Shown here: positions 18,783-29,816 of the stretch, piece by piece | Position numbering within the stretch: the stretch's first letter is position 1 | Layout: the number at the start of each line of letters is the position of its first letter | Origin: an uncultured Planctomycetia bacterium | Lineage (GTDB): Bacteria > Omnitrophota > Gorgyraeia > JABMRG01 | DNA length: 64,000 nucleotides | Reading direction: 5' to 3' | Assembly (NCBI GenBank): GCA_964634945.1 | Contig: CAZWMG010000006.1 | Span: forward strand, 736-64,735 | Made by a program: the position numbers and the translations under genes | The notes under the pieces: model-generated | What the model was told of the DNA's origin: nothing | What the model saw: the letters and a program-made list of their open reading frames with translations, nothing else | The model's database searches: none

Positions 18783-19283
18783 CTATCTGTAATTATTGAA
18801 ATGAAGTGGTATAGAAAAATCCAGATCCTTTAAATGCTGCATAACGGACTGTAAATCATCCTTTTTAGGGGCAAACACTCTTACCTTCTCCCCTTCAATC
18901 TGTGACTGTACCTTTAATCCAAGGTTCTTAATAATCTTTACAAGCTCTCTTGCTTTTTCCTTCTCAATGCCTGTGGTAATCAACGCCTCTAGCTTTAAAT
19001 GCCCGCTGAAGACCTTTTCCGGTTCTGAAAAATCAAGCGCCTTTGGCGATATTCCTCTTTTTACTATCCTTGTAAGGACTATGTCTTTTAATGAGCGGAG
19101 TTTAAAATCATCAGGCGTAACCAGGGTTATCTTTTTCTCCTCACGATTATACTCTATTGTAGATTTTGAACCCTTAAAATCATATCTATTTCCGAGCTCT
19201 TTCTTTGCCTGCTGTATAGCGTTATCAACCTCCTGCATATCTACGTCTGAAACTATATCAAATGAAAATTTTTCCTTTGCCAT
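18783..19283 (-). CDS. yajQ: YajQ family nucleotide (c-di-GMP)-binding protein
   Basis: SFDIVS.VDMQEVDNA, RYDFKGS, KKDDLQ, FNNYR. Confidence 0.95.
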   Translation of the reverse strand: MAKEKFSFDIVSDVDMQEVDNAIQQAKKELGNRYDFKGSKSTIEYNREEKKITLVTPDDFKLRSLKDIVLTRIVKRGISPKALDFSEPEKVFSGHLKLEALITTGIEKEKARELVKIIKNLGLKVQSQIEGEKVRVFAPKKDDLQSVMQHLKDLDFSIPLHFNNYR

Positions 19284-19303
19284 ATTTTTACTCCTTTAGC
19301 TCT

Positions 19304-20377
19304 TTATAAATTAAACCTTATATCAAGAAGATCCCCATCCTCGACAATATAATCTTTTCCCTTTAAATATGCCTTTCCTGATTCCTTAACCTTTGCCTCG
19401 CTTCCTAATGAGATAAGGTCGTCATATTTTATAACCTCGGCGCGTATAAAACCTTTTTGCAGGTCAGTATGTATGGCACCCGCGGCTTCCGGTGCTGATG
19501 ACCCTGCAACTACGGTCCATTGACGCACCTCATCGGGGCCGACAGTAAAAAATGATATCAGGTTAAGCGCTTTTATGCATAACCTTGTCATTACATTAGC
19601 GGCAGGCTCCTTTATGCCAAGCGCCTGCAAGAACTCTTCTCTTTCCTGCTCTGTCTCAAGAGACGCTATCTCAGATTCTACCTTAGCGCAGGCAGGCATT
19701 ATATAAAGGTCGGCATCCTTATACCTCTCTTGCATATCTTTTATTATAGAATTATTTAATATATCATTCTCTGAAACATTAATAATGATAAGCATCTTTT
19801 TAAATGTTACAAACGGATAACTTGATATCAGTTTTTTCTCATCAGCATCGAGGATTAGCAACCTTAGAGGCAGATTCTTATCAAGATGCTCCTTTATCTT
19901 TAAAAGGAGCGCTTTCTCTTTTATGGATTGCGCGTCATTAAGCTTTTTGATACTCTTATCAAGGCGCTCAAGACGCTTTTCAATAAAAAGCATGTCATGC
20001 AGTATCAGCTCTGAGTTAATATTATCTATATCTCGAGAAGCATCAACAGAACCATCGATATGATAAACCGAGTCATCCGCAAAAGACCTAACGACATGAG
20101 CTATGGCATCCATCTCAGCGATATCCTTGAATATATCCCCCTTTGCTATGGTGTCCTTCTCGATCTTAGGAAGCATCTCTATCTCTACCCTTGCCCTGAC
20201 ATTCTTTTTTGGATTATACATATCAGAGAGTATATCAAATCTAGGATCTTTGATCTGGGCTATATTTTTTATCGGCTTTCCCGATACAATATCCTTCTCT
20301 GTCAACTCATGACCGGTGAGTATCTGAAAAAATGTCTTTTTGCCTGTCTGCGGTAGACCTATTATACCTATCTTCAA
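19304..20377 (-). CDS. ychF: Redox-regulated ATPase YchF
   Basis: GIIGLP..GK, HVVR.F, FFTVGPDEVR.W, IHTDLQKGFIRAEV, GKDYIVEDGD. Confidence 0.93.
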   Translation of the reverse strand: MKIGIIGLPQTGKKTFFQILTGHELTEKDIVSGKPIKNIAQIKDPRFDILSDMYNPKKNVRARVEIEMLPKIEKDTIAKGDIFKDIAEMDAIAHVVRSFADDSVYHIDGSVDASRDIDNINSELILHDMLFIEKRLERLDKSIKKLNDAQSIKEKALLLKIKEHLDKNLPLRLLILDADEKKLISSYPFVTFKKMLIIINVSENDILNNSIIKDMQERYKDADLYIMPACAKVESEIASLETEQEREEFLQALGIKEPAANVMTRLCIKALNLISFFTVGPDEVRQWTVVAGSSAPEAAGAIHTDLQKGFIRAEVIKYDDLISLGSEAKVKESGKAYLKGKDYIVEDGDLLDIRFNL

Positions 20378-20424
20378 GTAAGTATCCTTTTACCTTTAAT
20401 ATCGTTTTGGCGTAATTCAAAAGC

Positions 20425-22533
20425 TTATTTGGATTCCCTTGCTTCCTTTGCTTTCTTTGCCTCTTCCAGCACTTTCTCTGTCAAAGAATTAGGCGCTTTA
20501 GCGTATTTCTCAAAATGCATCGAGTACCCGGCGCGACCGCTTGTCAATGTGCGTAACGCAGAGGCGTATCCAAACATCTCTGAAAGAGGCGCTTCGGCAA
20601 CCACAATCTGCTGGGTCGCCTTTGCCTCCATAGCCATTATCTTTCCGCGTCTTGAGCATATATCACCTGTCACATTTCCCATATACTCTTCAGGGGTGGT
20701 TATCTCAACGGACATCTGCGGCTCCAGAATAACCGGGCCTGATTTTAAAAACGCGGATTTAAAGCATTCAGCACCGGCTATCTTAAACGCCATTTCCGAT
20801 GAATCTACCTCATGATATGAGCCATCGATCAATGTAACCTTTACATCTACAACCGGATATCCGGCATATATACCTCGCTGCATAGCGGCTATTATGCCCT
20901 TTTCTACCGCAGGTATGTATTCCTTTGGTATAGAGCCGCCTTTTATCTGGTTTACAAACTCAAAGCCCTTACCAGCCTCAACCGGTTCGAGAATAATCTC
21001 TACATGTCCGTACTGTCCTCTGCCGCCTGTCTGCTTTGAATGTTTGTAGCTCTCCTTGGTCTGCTTAAAGATCGTCTCTCTGTAAGCAACCTTTGGCGCG
21101 CCAACCTCTGCTTCTACATTAAACTCGTGCTTTAGCCTGTCCACGATAATCTCAAGATGAAGCTCTCCCATGCCTGAGAGTATGACCTCATCGGTCTCCT
21201 CATCTGTCTTGACAGTAAATGTAGGGTCCTCATCCGCTAATCTTATAAGGCCCTTGCTGAGTTTATCTTGGTCTGCCTGACTCTGCGGCTTTATGCTTAG
21301 AGACATAACAGGCGCCGGAAACTCAATAGCCTCCAGCAATATAGGGCTATCTTCAGCGCAGAGGGTATCACCTGTCTTTGTCCTGTCCAGGCCTATAGCA
21401 GCCGCTATATCTCCTGTGAATATATCTTCTCTTATCTCCCTGTCATTGGCGTGCATCTGCAGTATCCTGCCGACTCTCTCTTTTTTGCCTCTTGTAGCAT
21501 TCAATACATACGAACCTGCTTTTAATGATCCTGAATAGACCCTGAAATATATCAATTTGCCCATGTGAGGATCAGACTGTACCTTAAACGCGAGCGCTGA
21601 AAAAGGCGCGTCATCATCAGGTTTTCTCTCAAGAGACGCCTCCGGGTCATCAGGGCTGCTTCCCTTGATAGCACTTGTATCAAATGGTGATGGCAAATAA
21701 GTGTTTACCGCGTCAAGAAGCTGTTGTACGCCCTTATTCTTAAATGCTGAACCACAGAGTATAGGAACTATCTTATTGGATATCGTACCTATGCGTATAG
21801 CGTTTATAAGCTCTTCTGGCGTTATAGACTCTTCTGATTCAAGATATTTCTCCATAAGGTTATCACATAGCTCGACCGCCTTCTCAACCATAATATGATG
21901 ATATTCCTTTGCCTGCTCTTTATAGTCATCAGGGATATCCTCTACCTTAAAGTCCTTACCCGTTGAATCACTATCATATAAATAGGCCTTCATCTCAATA
22001 AGGTCGATAACACCCTTAAAATTGTCTTCCGCCCCTATAGGAATCTGCAAGGGTATAACATGAGCGCCTAAGTCTTTCTTTATAGCCTCTTTCACAGCAA
22101 AAAAATCAGCTCCTACGCGATCCATCTTATTTATAAACGCGAGCTTTGGTACAGCGTATTTATCAGACTGTCGCCAGACTGTCTCGGATTGCGGCTCAAC
22201 GCCTCCTACAGCGCAAAAGACCGCGACAGCCCCATCTAGGATACGTAATGACCTTTCAACCTCTACTGTAAAATCAACGTGTCCGGGGGTATCGATAATA
22301 TTGATCCTGCAATCCTGCCAGTAACAGGTTGTAGCCGCGGATGTAATAGTAATGCCCCTCTCCTGCTCCTGCTTCATCCAGTCCATCTGCGCGTTACCGT
22401 CATGGACCTCACCTATCTTATGGGATATACCCGTGTAAAATAGTATACGCTCTGTAAGCGTTGTCTTGCCGGCATCGATATGAGCCATTATTCCGATATT
22501 CCTGATATTTTTTAAATCAATAGTCCTTGGCAT
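20425..22533 (-). CDS. fusA: Elongation factor G (outside the str operon, probably a second copy)
   Basis: [44 protein letters not shown]. Confidence 0.97.
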   Translation of the reverse strand: MPRTIDLKNIRNIGIMAHIDAGKTTLTERILFYTGISHKIGEVHDGNAQMDWMKQEQERGITITSAATTCYWQDCRINIIDTPGHVDFTVEVERSLRILDGAVAVFCAVGGVEPQSETVWRQSDKYAVPKLAFINKMDRVGADFFAVKEAIKKDLGAHVIPLQIPIGAEDNFKGVIDLIEMKAYLYDSDSTGKDFKVEDIPDDYKEQAKEYHHIMVEKAVELCDNLMEKYLESEESITPEELINAIRIGTISNKIVPILCGSAFKNKGVQQLLDAVNTYLPSPFDTSAIKGSSPDDPEASLERKPDDDAPFSALAFKVQSDPHMGKLIYFRVYSGSLKAGSYVLNATRGKKERVGRILQMHANDREIREDIFTGDIAAAIGLDRTKTGDTLCAEDSPILLEAIEFPAPVMSLSIKPQSQADQDKLSKGLIRLADEDPTFTVKTDEETDEVILSGMGELHLEIIVDRLKHEFNVEAEVGAPKVAYRETIFKQTKESYKHSKQTGGRGQYGHVEIILEPVEAGKGFEFVNQIKGGSIPKEYIPAVEKGIIAAMQRGIYAGYPVVDVKVTLIDGSYHEVDSSEMAFKIAGAECFKSAFLKSGPVILEPQMSVEITTPEEYMGNVTGDICSRRGKIMAMEAKATQQIVVAEAPLSEMFGYASALRTLTSGRAGYSMHFEKYAKAPNSLTEKVLEEAKKAKEARESK

Positions 22534-22535
22534 TT

Positions 22536-23900
22536 TTATTGCTCCTTTGTTTGTATTGTAAGAAGGAAGACATCGTCGTCCTGTACCCCTGCCTGAAAAT
22601 CATTAAGTTTTTTCATAAGGGCCTGATTAAATGTTTCTACATCCAAAATATTATGTTCCTGTACAAAATCCTCTAATCGCTTACTGCCAAACTCCTGTTT
22701 CGAGGAATCTCTTGCCTCTATTATTCCGTCAGTAAAGAGTATGAGCCTATCACCCGGGGCAAACGCTATATCATTGTTGTGTATACTGCTGGCGTCCATA
22801 CCTATGCCCATTAAAAAAGTCTGGGGCTGCATCAACACGATAGAATTTTCCTTTGACTGCAATAGTATCTGTGGCGGGTGGCCGTAGTTTGAATATATCA
22901 GCTTGTTGTTTGAAAAATCCAAAAGGCCGCAAAAAGCTGTTAAGAAAAACCCCATCTTTCCAAAGTCTTTATTTATAAATTCATCCAGCTCTTTAAGGAT
23001 GGCACCGGGGGACAAGTCCTCTCCTCTTACAAGCCGTTCTATTTCAGCGTGAACCCTGTTTACCAAAAGCGCTGAACATACGCCATGGCCGGTAACATCC
23101 GCAACTATGAATAATAATTTATCATTATTTATAAAATGGAACTTCGCGTAATCTCCACCCATATAGAACATAGGCTTATACATAACAGCTATGTCAGCAA
23201 GCTTATGGTTGACTGAATGTGGTATTATACTCTTATGTATCTTTTTAGCGAGCTCCAGCTCTTTTGCCATTAAAGCATTCTTCTCATCTATCTCTTTTCC
23301 CGCCGCGAATATCTTTCTTCTGGATATATCCTCACTCGCCTCAGCGACAACAGCGACAAAAACAGCGACAAAGAGCAAGATAGCGTTTATGCTTAATATC
23401 TCAGTGCTTACGAATACATTAGAGGAGATATAGACCGCAAGAAAACTAACTAGCGTAAAGATGCCTATAATAACCGCCTCTATAAAGCCCCATGGTAGAA
23501 GCAATATAGTCATAAATAGCGCTATAAGCACAAGCCCAATGCCCATGAAAGACATTATCTCAGGGTGCGCCGTAACAGCTAATATCGCGATCGCGATCAG
23601 AAGAAAACTAAATATCAATGCCCTTGCCTTCTGATACCATAGTTCTTTTGTTATATTACCCGTTATAAGCGATATTATAGCAAACGCTATTCCGCCGATA
23701 ATACCGGGCATGTCTTTAGCGCTTAATAAATGCTTAAAAAAGATAGATCCAAGCAGGACCTCAATCGAAAATATGGCGATCGTTACATAACAGAATAGGT
23801 TTATCCTTAAATGAAAAAGCTTCGCAAGTTCTTGTTTATACTCTTTCTTGAACCTGTCAGGTATTATCGCTTTTATCATGATATCATCCTTTGGTTTCAA
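22536..23900 (-). CDS. Membrane-bound SpoIIE/PP2C family phosphatase
   Basis: About 6 TM helices, then GGDY, ADVTGHG, GHPP, FTDG, DDD. Confidence 0.9.
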   Translation of the reverse strand: MKPKDDIMIKAIIPDRFKKEYKQELAKLFHLRINLFCYVTIAIFSIEVLLGSIFFKHLLSAKDMPGIIGGIAFAIISLITGNITKELWYQKARALIFSFLLIAIAILAVTAHPEIMSFMGIGLVLIALFMTILLLPWGFIEAVIIGIFTLVSFLAVYISSNVFVSTEILSINAILLFVAVFVAVVAEASEDISRRKIFAAGKEIDEKNALMAKELELAKKIHKSIIPHSVNHKLADIAVMYKPMFYMGGDYAKFHFINNDKLLFIVADVTGHGVCSALLVNRVHAEIERLVRGEDLSPGAILKELDEFINKDFGKMGFFLTAFCGLLDFSNNKLIYSNYGHPPQILLQSKENSIVLMQPQTFLMGIGMDASSIHNNDIAFAPGDRLILFTDGIIEARDSSKQEFGSKRLEDFVQEHNILDVETFNQALMKKLNDFQAGVQDDDVFLLTIQTKEQ

Positions 23901-24648
23901 TTAATACTTTTATAGATGTCGGGCTGCTCTCCGGGCCCTTATACTTTAACCAAGCGAAATCGCCTTGTGCCAAATGCCAGGTATATGCCTTTGGCAGGAA
24001 AACCTTAAATATGCTTAAAAGCCCAAGATTAGGATCAAGGCATATCTTATAAGCGGGCAATTTCTTATTATGAATATCTATGACCTCCTCATTAATCACC
24101 TTAATATCTACCACTAGTAGACTCGGTTCAGCGGTCAATAGGTCCACCCTCTTTTCTCTGATACCATTATTTAGCAATTTCTGCAGGTAAAGAGAAAGTG
24201 CCAGCCTATTTATCGGGTCAGAGGAAAAATTAAACTCTCTCGATGTTTCACGGTCTTTAACCTTGTCCTTCTTTGTACATAATATTTTTTTATCAATATA
24301 ATCGAATTCCTGCGTCTCTATAGCAAGTAATTCCTTCGCCTTATTAAAAACTCGCTTTTCTACCCTGATCGGGCTTATAGTATCTTTAGTGCTCTTAAAC
24401 CGCAATACAGATGCCCATGATACCTCATCTTCAAAACCGCTATAATAACCCATACCGTCTTCTGTTAATATGAATATGTCGTCAGGGTCACCTTTAAGGT
24501 GTTTAATAACAGCTTTCGCGCTCCACCTTGGATTGCCCTCCAAATCTGTGCAAAAATAACTTGTGTTGAAATTCGTATCAATATCAGAAAAACACGCAGG
24601 CGCTGATAATAATACGATACAAGCAATCAGTGTAATTATTTTCAACAT
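23884..24648 (-). CDS. Exported hypothetical protein
   Basis: Signal peptide, GGAGG RBS, overlaps the downstream gene. Confidence 0.7.
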   Translation of the reverse strand: MLKIITLIACIVLLSAPACFSDIDTNFNTSYFCTDLEGNPRWSAKAVIKHLKGDPDDIFILTEDGMGYYSGFEDEVSWASVLRFKSTKDTISPIRVEKRVFNKAKELLAIETQEFDYIDKKILCTKKDKVKDRETSREFNFSSDPINRLALSLYLQKLLNNGIREKRVDLLTAEPSLLVVDIKVINEEVIDIHNKKLPAYKICLDPNLGLLSIFKVFLPKAYTWHLAQGDFAWLKYKGPESSPTSIKVLIETKG

Positions 24649-24854
24649 AAGGCCTCCTGTTAACTCTCATACAATGCCTGGTACTTATAAATAAAAAATC
24701 CTTCGACTGGTCAACCATACCACCAAAAGAAGGACGAGCATTCTTATTTGTGTATAAGTGTGAGTATATTATACTATTTGTACTAATATGTCAAGGCGAT
24801 ATTTGCAATTAAACGCTCTGTTCATTTCGTCGTGCGTTGTGTGCTGTGTGTTAC

Positions 24855-24906
24855 TTCAAGACCGGTTCTCAAGCACAACCGGTTGTGCTTGAGAACCGGT
24901 CTTGAA
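24855..24906. repeat. Perfect 52-bp palindrome overlapping a sigma70 promoter
   Basis: TTCAAGACCGGTTCTCAAGCACAACC|GGTTGTGCTTGAGAACCGGTCTTGAA; TTGAGA-17 bp-TATAAT upstream of 24945. Confidence 0.9.
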
Positions 24907-24944
24907 TATAGTATAATGCATGAAGAAAAGATTGGAGGTTTGAT

Positions 24945-25502
24945 ATGAGAAAAACAGCGATTGTAGTATTAGCGGATGGATTTGAAGAGATAGAGGCTAT
25001 AACAATAATCAATGCACTACGAAGAGCGGGCATTAAGGTCACTATCTGCGGGCTTGATACCGATCTAGTTAAAGGGTCCCGCGATATAACTATTAGCGCG
25101 GATAAGTTGCTTGACGAATCTGACGTGGGATCAGAATATGACGCGTGTGTTCTTCCGGGTGGAATGCCGGGCGCTGAAAATCTGGCAAGCTCAGATATGC
25201 TAAAAGAGTTGATAACTAAAATGCACGCGCAAGGAAAGGTCATTGCCGCTATATGCTCATCTCCCGCTTTAGTCCTCTCCTATCTAAACATACTCGATAA
25301 TAAGTCCGCCACATGTTTTCCAGGTATGCGTGGAGATTTCTCAAGCCTAACAACTTACAAAGAAGATAATGTAGTAATCGATGGAAAGATCATAACCAGC
25401 AAGGGGCCGGCTACAGCTATGGAATTTTCTTTATCTATTGTTGAAACTTTATGCGGTAAGGATATCGCTTGTAGGGTAGGCAAATCTTTGCTATATAAAT
25501 AA
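24945..25502 (+). CDS. DJ-1/PfpI (ThiJ/YajL) family protein
   Basis: ADGFEEIEA, LPGGMPGA, AAICSSP, ITSKGPATA. Confidence 0.93.
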   Translation: MRKTAIVVLADGFEEIEAITIINALRRAGIKVTICGLDTDLVKGSRDITISADKLLDESDVGSEYDACVLPGGMPGAENLASSDMLKELITKMHAQGKVIAAICSSPALVLSYLNILDNKSATCFPGMRGDFSSLTTYKEDNVVIDGKIITSKGPATAMEFSLSIVETLCGKDIACRVGKSLLYK

Positions 25503-25511
25503 CACTTATGC

Positions 25512-25757
25512 TTAAACGGAACGCTTAATAGCGCTTTGTACTGCAATAGATCTCGCCGGCGATACCGGCCTTGGACCTAACATAGGTGGCTCTAAAGGCG
25601 GCATTAGAACTTTTAAATTAACCTTGTGTTTTTGTGGTTTTAGCCAATCTTTATCGGGTTTTGATATTGCTGTTGAGGTAGGCCTAAGTGAAAATGCTTG
25701 TTGAGGCATGGCAAGGATAAGCGTAATGAACAATATGGCTATTGTATTTACTCTCAT
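25512..25757 (-). CDS. Small exported protein with SLRP motif
   Basis: Signal peptide ending AFS-LRP, Pro-rich middle, ends AIKRSV; AAGGA RBS. Confidence 0.65.
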   Translation of the reverse strand: MRVNTIAILFITLILAMPQQAFSLRPTSTAISKPDKDWLKPQKHKVNLKVLMPPLEPPMLGPRPVSPARSIAVQSAIKRSV

Positions 25758-25861
25758 CCAGTAAGTCCTTTTTTAGGTTTAACTGCATGACAAGTTTTAT
25801 CATTATATAATAAAGGCACTTATTATATTACAGTAATTAGAGTCCTGTGTCAATAAGATAC

Positions 25862-27034
25862 CTATCGGTTTCTTCTTCGATATAACCCCTTCTTTTTGCG
25901 GATAACTTTTGACCCTTCTATCGGATAACCCGCTTCCTTCCATTGGCTAAACCCGCCAAGAAAGACCCTTACTAATCCTTTTTTAAAACCGCTTTTTATA
26001 AGTATGCTGGCAGCAGCTGAACTTGACTCACATTCAAAACCGTCGCAGTATAATATAAGATTTTGAGACCTTGGTATTGATTTAACGCTTCTCTCTATTT
26101 CTGAAAGAGGGACATTTACAGCGCCTTTTATATGAGACTCTCTGTACGCCTGCCTATCTCTGACATCTACCCATTGGGTCTCCTTGTTGAATAACTTATA
26201 ATAGTGCTCATACGCCTCTTCCAGGTCTATTGCTATCCCTTCTTCAGACGGTAAGAGCCTTGGCCCCATAATAATAGGGTAGCCTTTATTGGCCCAGTCA
26301 GATATGCCGCCATCCATATTGTATGCCTTGTAGCCTAATTTTCTAAGCTTAGAGGTAACATAGCTTGACCTTGTCCCACTTCCACAATAAACGACTATCA
26401 AAGTGCGCTTGCTTATATTTCTTACAAGATCCTTGAGCTCATCGGCATTGCTGAGTTTACTTCTGGCAAAACGTATTGAGTTAGGTATATATTTATGGCC
26501 ATACTCGCTCTTTTCTCTAACATCAAACATTATAACCTGATGCCCCTTTGAGATGCGTTCATTTACCTCATCAGCGTCCATATGAGGTATAGATGATACA
26601 ACACCCGCGGGCAAAGCAACGCGCTTCTTTTTCACAAAAGGTTTATTGGGGTCACGTTCTATGATTAGTGCTTTTGTAGGGATCTTTAATTGGGGATTCG
26701 CGATATCATTTGAAAGGATAGTAATATATTTCTTATCAGCGCCCTCCATCTTGCGAGAGGCATTACAGACAACATCCAAGGCCGCCTTACCACCGGGCGC
26801 AATCTGCCAGGATGATACATCTTTTACGCTATAACCGCAACAGGTATGTATCTTATCAATAACAAGATCTTCAAAACCAATATTCTTTACATAAAAGACC
26901 TTGGCCTTTGCTTCGCCTTGTCTTACCCTGCCAAAATCCCATTCTTTGGATACAACTTTTAATTCAGGGCCTGTTTGAGCAAAGGCTACTGACGCGCAAA
27001 GCAGTATTGTAAGCATTACTGCCGCATACTTCAT
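25862..27034 (-). CDS. Exported DUF1573 plus two rhodanese domains
   Basis: WDFG.V ... TCCG ... IAPG; DVRE..EY/YCGSGTRS; DVRD/YCDGFECESS. Confidence 0.85.
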   Translation of the reverse strand: MKYAAVMLTILLCASVAFAQTGPELKVVSKEWDFGRVRQGEAKAKVFYVKNIGFEDLVIDKIHTCCGYSVKDVSSWQIAPGGKAALDVVCNASRKMEGADKKYITILSNDIANPQLKIPTKALIIERDPNKPFVKKKRVALPAGVVSSIPHMDADEVNERISKGHQVIMFDVREKSEYGHKYIPNSIRFARSKLSNADELKDLVRNISKRTLIVVYCGSGTRSSYVTSKLRKLGYKAYNMDGGISDWANKGYPIIMGPRLLPSEEGIAIDLEEAYEHYYKLFNKETQWVDVRDRQAYRESHIKGAVNVPLSEIERSVKSIPRSQNLILYCDGFECESSSAAASILIKSGFKKGLVRVFLGGFSQWKEAGYPIEGSKVIRKKKGLYRRRNR

Positions 27035-27049
27035 ATATTCATATAATAA

Positions 27050-29566
27050 TTATCTGACCCTAATAATAGGGACAGGTTTCGCGTTTACAGTAGCGGTGAA
27101 AGAAGATATATCACTACTGCACTCTGTACCGGAACCATCGTCTACCGTAAGAACGATTTTGTATCTCCCGGGTTTGGTATATACATGAGAGACGCTTGCG
27201 CCTTCACTGCCTGTATCGTCTCCAAAATCCCATGTATAAGTAAGTATATCTCCATCCGGATCATAGGAATTAGAGCCATCAAATCTCGATATTGTGTCTA
27301 CGCAGCAGGCAAGGCTTAGCCCTGCGTCAGCTACCGGTGGGGTATTAACCCTAATACTAACCGTATCGACGGATGTAGAACATTCATAATCACGGCCATC
27401 ATCAACTGTAAGCTTTACAGTATAGGTGCCGCCTTTCTTATAGGTATGGCGTATGCTGGAGCGGCCAAACTGCGTTGAACCATCTCCAAGATCCCAAAAG
27501 TACTGCAATGAATCACCATCAGGATCATTAGAATCAGAGCCGTCAATTGTTATCGATTTATTGATACAGACGATGCGTGGCGCATCGATATTAGCGATAG
27601 GCGCTGTATTTACATCAGCAATAACAGTCGCTATCGCCTCTGAACACCTGGTATTTCTATTATCATTTACAGTAAGTCTTGGATAATATCTTCCGCCTTT
27701 TTGGTAGGCGTGTGTTGTCTTTACCCCCTTGCCCGTTGTGCCGTCTCCAAAATCCCATATGTAGCTTAGTGACTCACCATCCTCTGTTATGGATTCTGAG
27801 CCATCAAATACGACATCATCGCCAACGCATATCTTCGAATCTCTTGTCTGTATTGATGGTGATGGTGTCTTATTCAGATCTACGCTTACAGAATCAACAG
27901 ACACACTACAAGCTGAGCCTGAACCGTCATCTACGGTTAACGTTGCTGTATAAGTACCGGGCTTTTCATATATATGCGTAACTCTCTTGCCTTCTTTGAA
28001 TGTTCCGTCACCTAGATCCCATGAATAGGTAAGCTTATCTTTATCAGCGTCATACGAACCTGAGCCGTCAAAAGTAACCTTATAAGACTCTTGGTAATCT
28101 TCCAGACAGATATCAACATCGCCTCCGGCATCAGCTATAGGCGCAGTATTTACGCGTATCTTCTGCTGAATAGTATCTGTACTGCATGTTGAATCTTCAT
28201 TATCATCAACAGTCAGGCTTATCTTATATAGGCCTCCTTTTTCATATATCTTAGTCACACGCACACCTTCAACCTTGGCCCCATCACCTAGGTCCCAGTA
28301 ATAGCTTAGATCGCTTGATGAATCATCCTGGGTTTCGCTCGCGTCAAATACTATTTTATCGCCAACACATAAACTTTCTGGATAACTAAACGCTGCCTTT
28401 GGAGGTGTGTTTACCTTGATAGTCTGAGTAGTCGTCGCTGTGTCACATTCAAGGCCTGAATTATCCGTAACTGTCAACGTAACGGTATAGGTTCCGCCAT
28501 CTTCATAGAGATGAGTAACAACGGGTTCTGTACTTGTTTCACCGTCTCCAAAAGACCAGTCGAACGATAATTTCTGATTATCTACATCATAGGAATCTGT
28601 CGCGTCAAATGTGAATTTATTACATGTAATATCCTTTACAGGCTTTAGGACCGCCTTGACAACAGCCGGCATCGGCTTACCCTTGATAACCGGTATCGGC
28701 GCGTCACCTTTTGTAAAATATATAGGAAGTATATTACCTTTATCATCATATACTTTTATACCCGCATGCGCGTACTTTTGGGTACCTTTTGTTATGACAT
28801 ACTTGAGCCTTCCACCTGTCATCGCGTTTACAGGGATCTCGGTCTTTCTCCATTCACCTGTTAGGGAGTCAGCTACATTGTACTCCTTTTTGGTCTCTCC
28901 AAAAAGTATGTCACGTCCGGCGAAGATCTCACTTGTGCCGCCTTTCGCGTCCAAATCATAATTTTCAAGCACAATATATTCAGTATCAGCTGAGACCTGG
29001 GGATAAAAATACATCTTATCTCCCTTATGGCTCAATAGCCTTATGGTTATGTCTTCACTAAAGCATTCAGCGCTCTCCGGTAAGATCCTGAATCTAAATA
29101 GATTCGCGTCATCACCCGTAAGGCCCTTTACAACTACCTTGAAACGATAAGCGTTTTCCATCTCTTCACCCTGAGACTTACTATAAGGGCCAAACATGTA
29201 AAAGGCCCTGTTATATTCACCTGATCCAAATTCTCTACTCGCGATCAGATCATCTCCATAGATAGAAAACTCTGTAACCGTATCCCAGGCATTGTTAGAG
29301 TCTGTCCTGAAATCTTTATGGCTTCCTGTATCAGGGTCATATACCTCAATAGTAAGATCCGAGGCCTCTCTCTTTGGAACATCAATAAATAATGTAAATT
29401 CATTATCTTCCGCGCCCAGAAGCGGGTCTCCTTCCGCCCCAAATACATAAAAGTATTTTGCTTTTGATCTATCTTCAGGAATATCCTTCGCTACCGAGCT
29501 ATTTACAGCAACTAAAGATAAAGAAGATATAAAAATAACAACTCCACATAAAACTTTTTTAAACAT
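27050..29566 (-). CDS. Exported protein with six PKD domains
   Basis: Six W[DS][FL]GD[GD]...Y...G.Y...LTV.D repeats; AGGAGG upstream of ATG 29566. Confidence 0.9.
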   Translation of the reverse strand: MFKKVLCGVVIFISSLSLVAVNSSVAKDIPEDRSKAKYFYVFGAEGDPLLGAEDNEFTLFIDVPKREASDLTIEVYDPDTGSHKDFRTDSNNAWDTVTEFSIYGDDLIASREFGSGEYNRAFYMFGPYSKSQGEEMENAYRFKVVVKGLTGDDANLFRFRILPESAECFSEDITIRLLSHKGDKMYFYPQVSADTEYIVLENYDLDAKGGTSEIFAGRDILFGETKKEYNVADSLTGEWRKTEIPVNAMTGGRLKYVITKGTQKYAHAGIKVYDDKGNILPIYFTKGDAPIPVIKGKPMPAVVKAVLKPVKDITCNKFTFDATDSYDVDNQKLSFDWSFGDGETSTEPVVTHLYEDGGTYTVTLTVTDNSGLECDTATTTQTIKVNTPPKAAFSYPESLCVGDKIVFDASETQDDSSSDLSYYWDLGDGAKVEGVRVTKIYEKGGLYKISLTVDDNEDSTCSTDTIQQKIRVNTAPIADAGGDVDICLEDYQESYKVTFDGSGSYDADKDKLTYSWDLGDGTFKEGKRVTHIYEKPGTYTATLTVDDGSGSACSVSVDSVSVDLNKTPSPSIQTRDSKICVGDDVVFDGSESITEDGESLSYIWDFGDGTTGKGVKTTHAYQKGGRYYPRLTVNDNRNTRCSEAIATVIADVNTAPIANIDAPRIVCINKSITIDGSDSNDPDGDSLQYFWDLGDGSTQFGRSSIRHTYKKGGTYTVKLTVDDGRDYECSTSVDTVSIRVNTPPVADAGLSLACCVDTISRFDGSNSYDPDGDILTYTWDFGDDTGSEGASVSHVYTKPGRYKIVLTVDDGSGTECSSDISSFTATVNAKPVPIIRVR

Positions 29567-29816
29567 TTTCAAAACCTCCTGTATAGTTACGTTTATAAAA
29601 ACCATTTGATTATTTTTAAAAGATTTGAACATCATGCAGTATATTATATCTGCGTGATTTTGTCAACCAATACTTTATAATTTTTAATATATTTACACAG
29701 AAACCATAGCTTAGCGATATTGCGGATTTATTACGCGTATAATGAGCAGATAAGGCCTGATGACTTTCTGCTAAATAGAGTATCTGCATACATTCTGTCT
29801 TTTAATAGGCGCGCTC

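Noticed and set aside
20425-22533. EF-G outside the str operon as a novelty
   Set aside because: Second fusA copies are common and the motifs are canonical.
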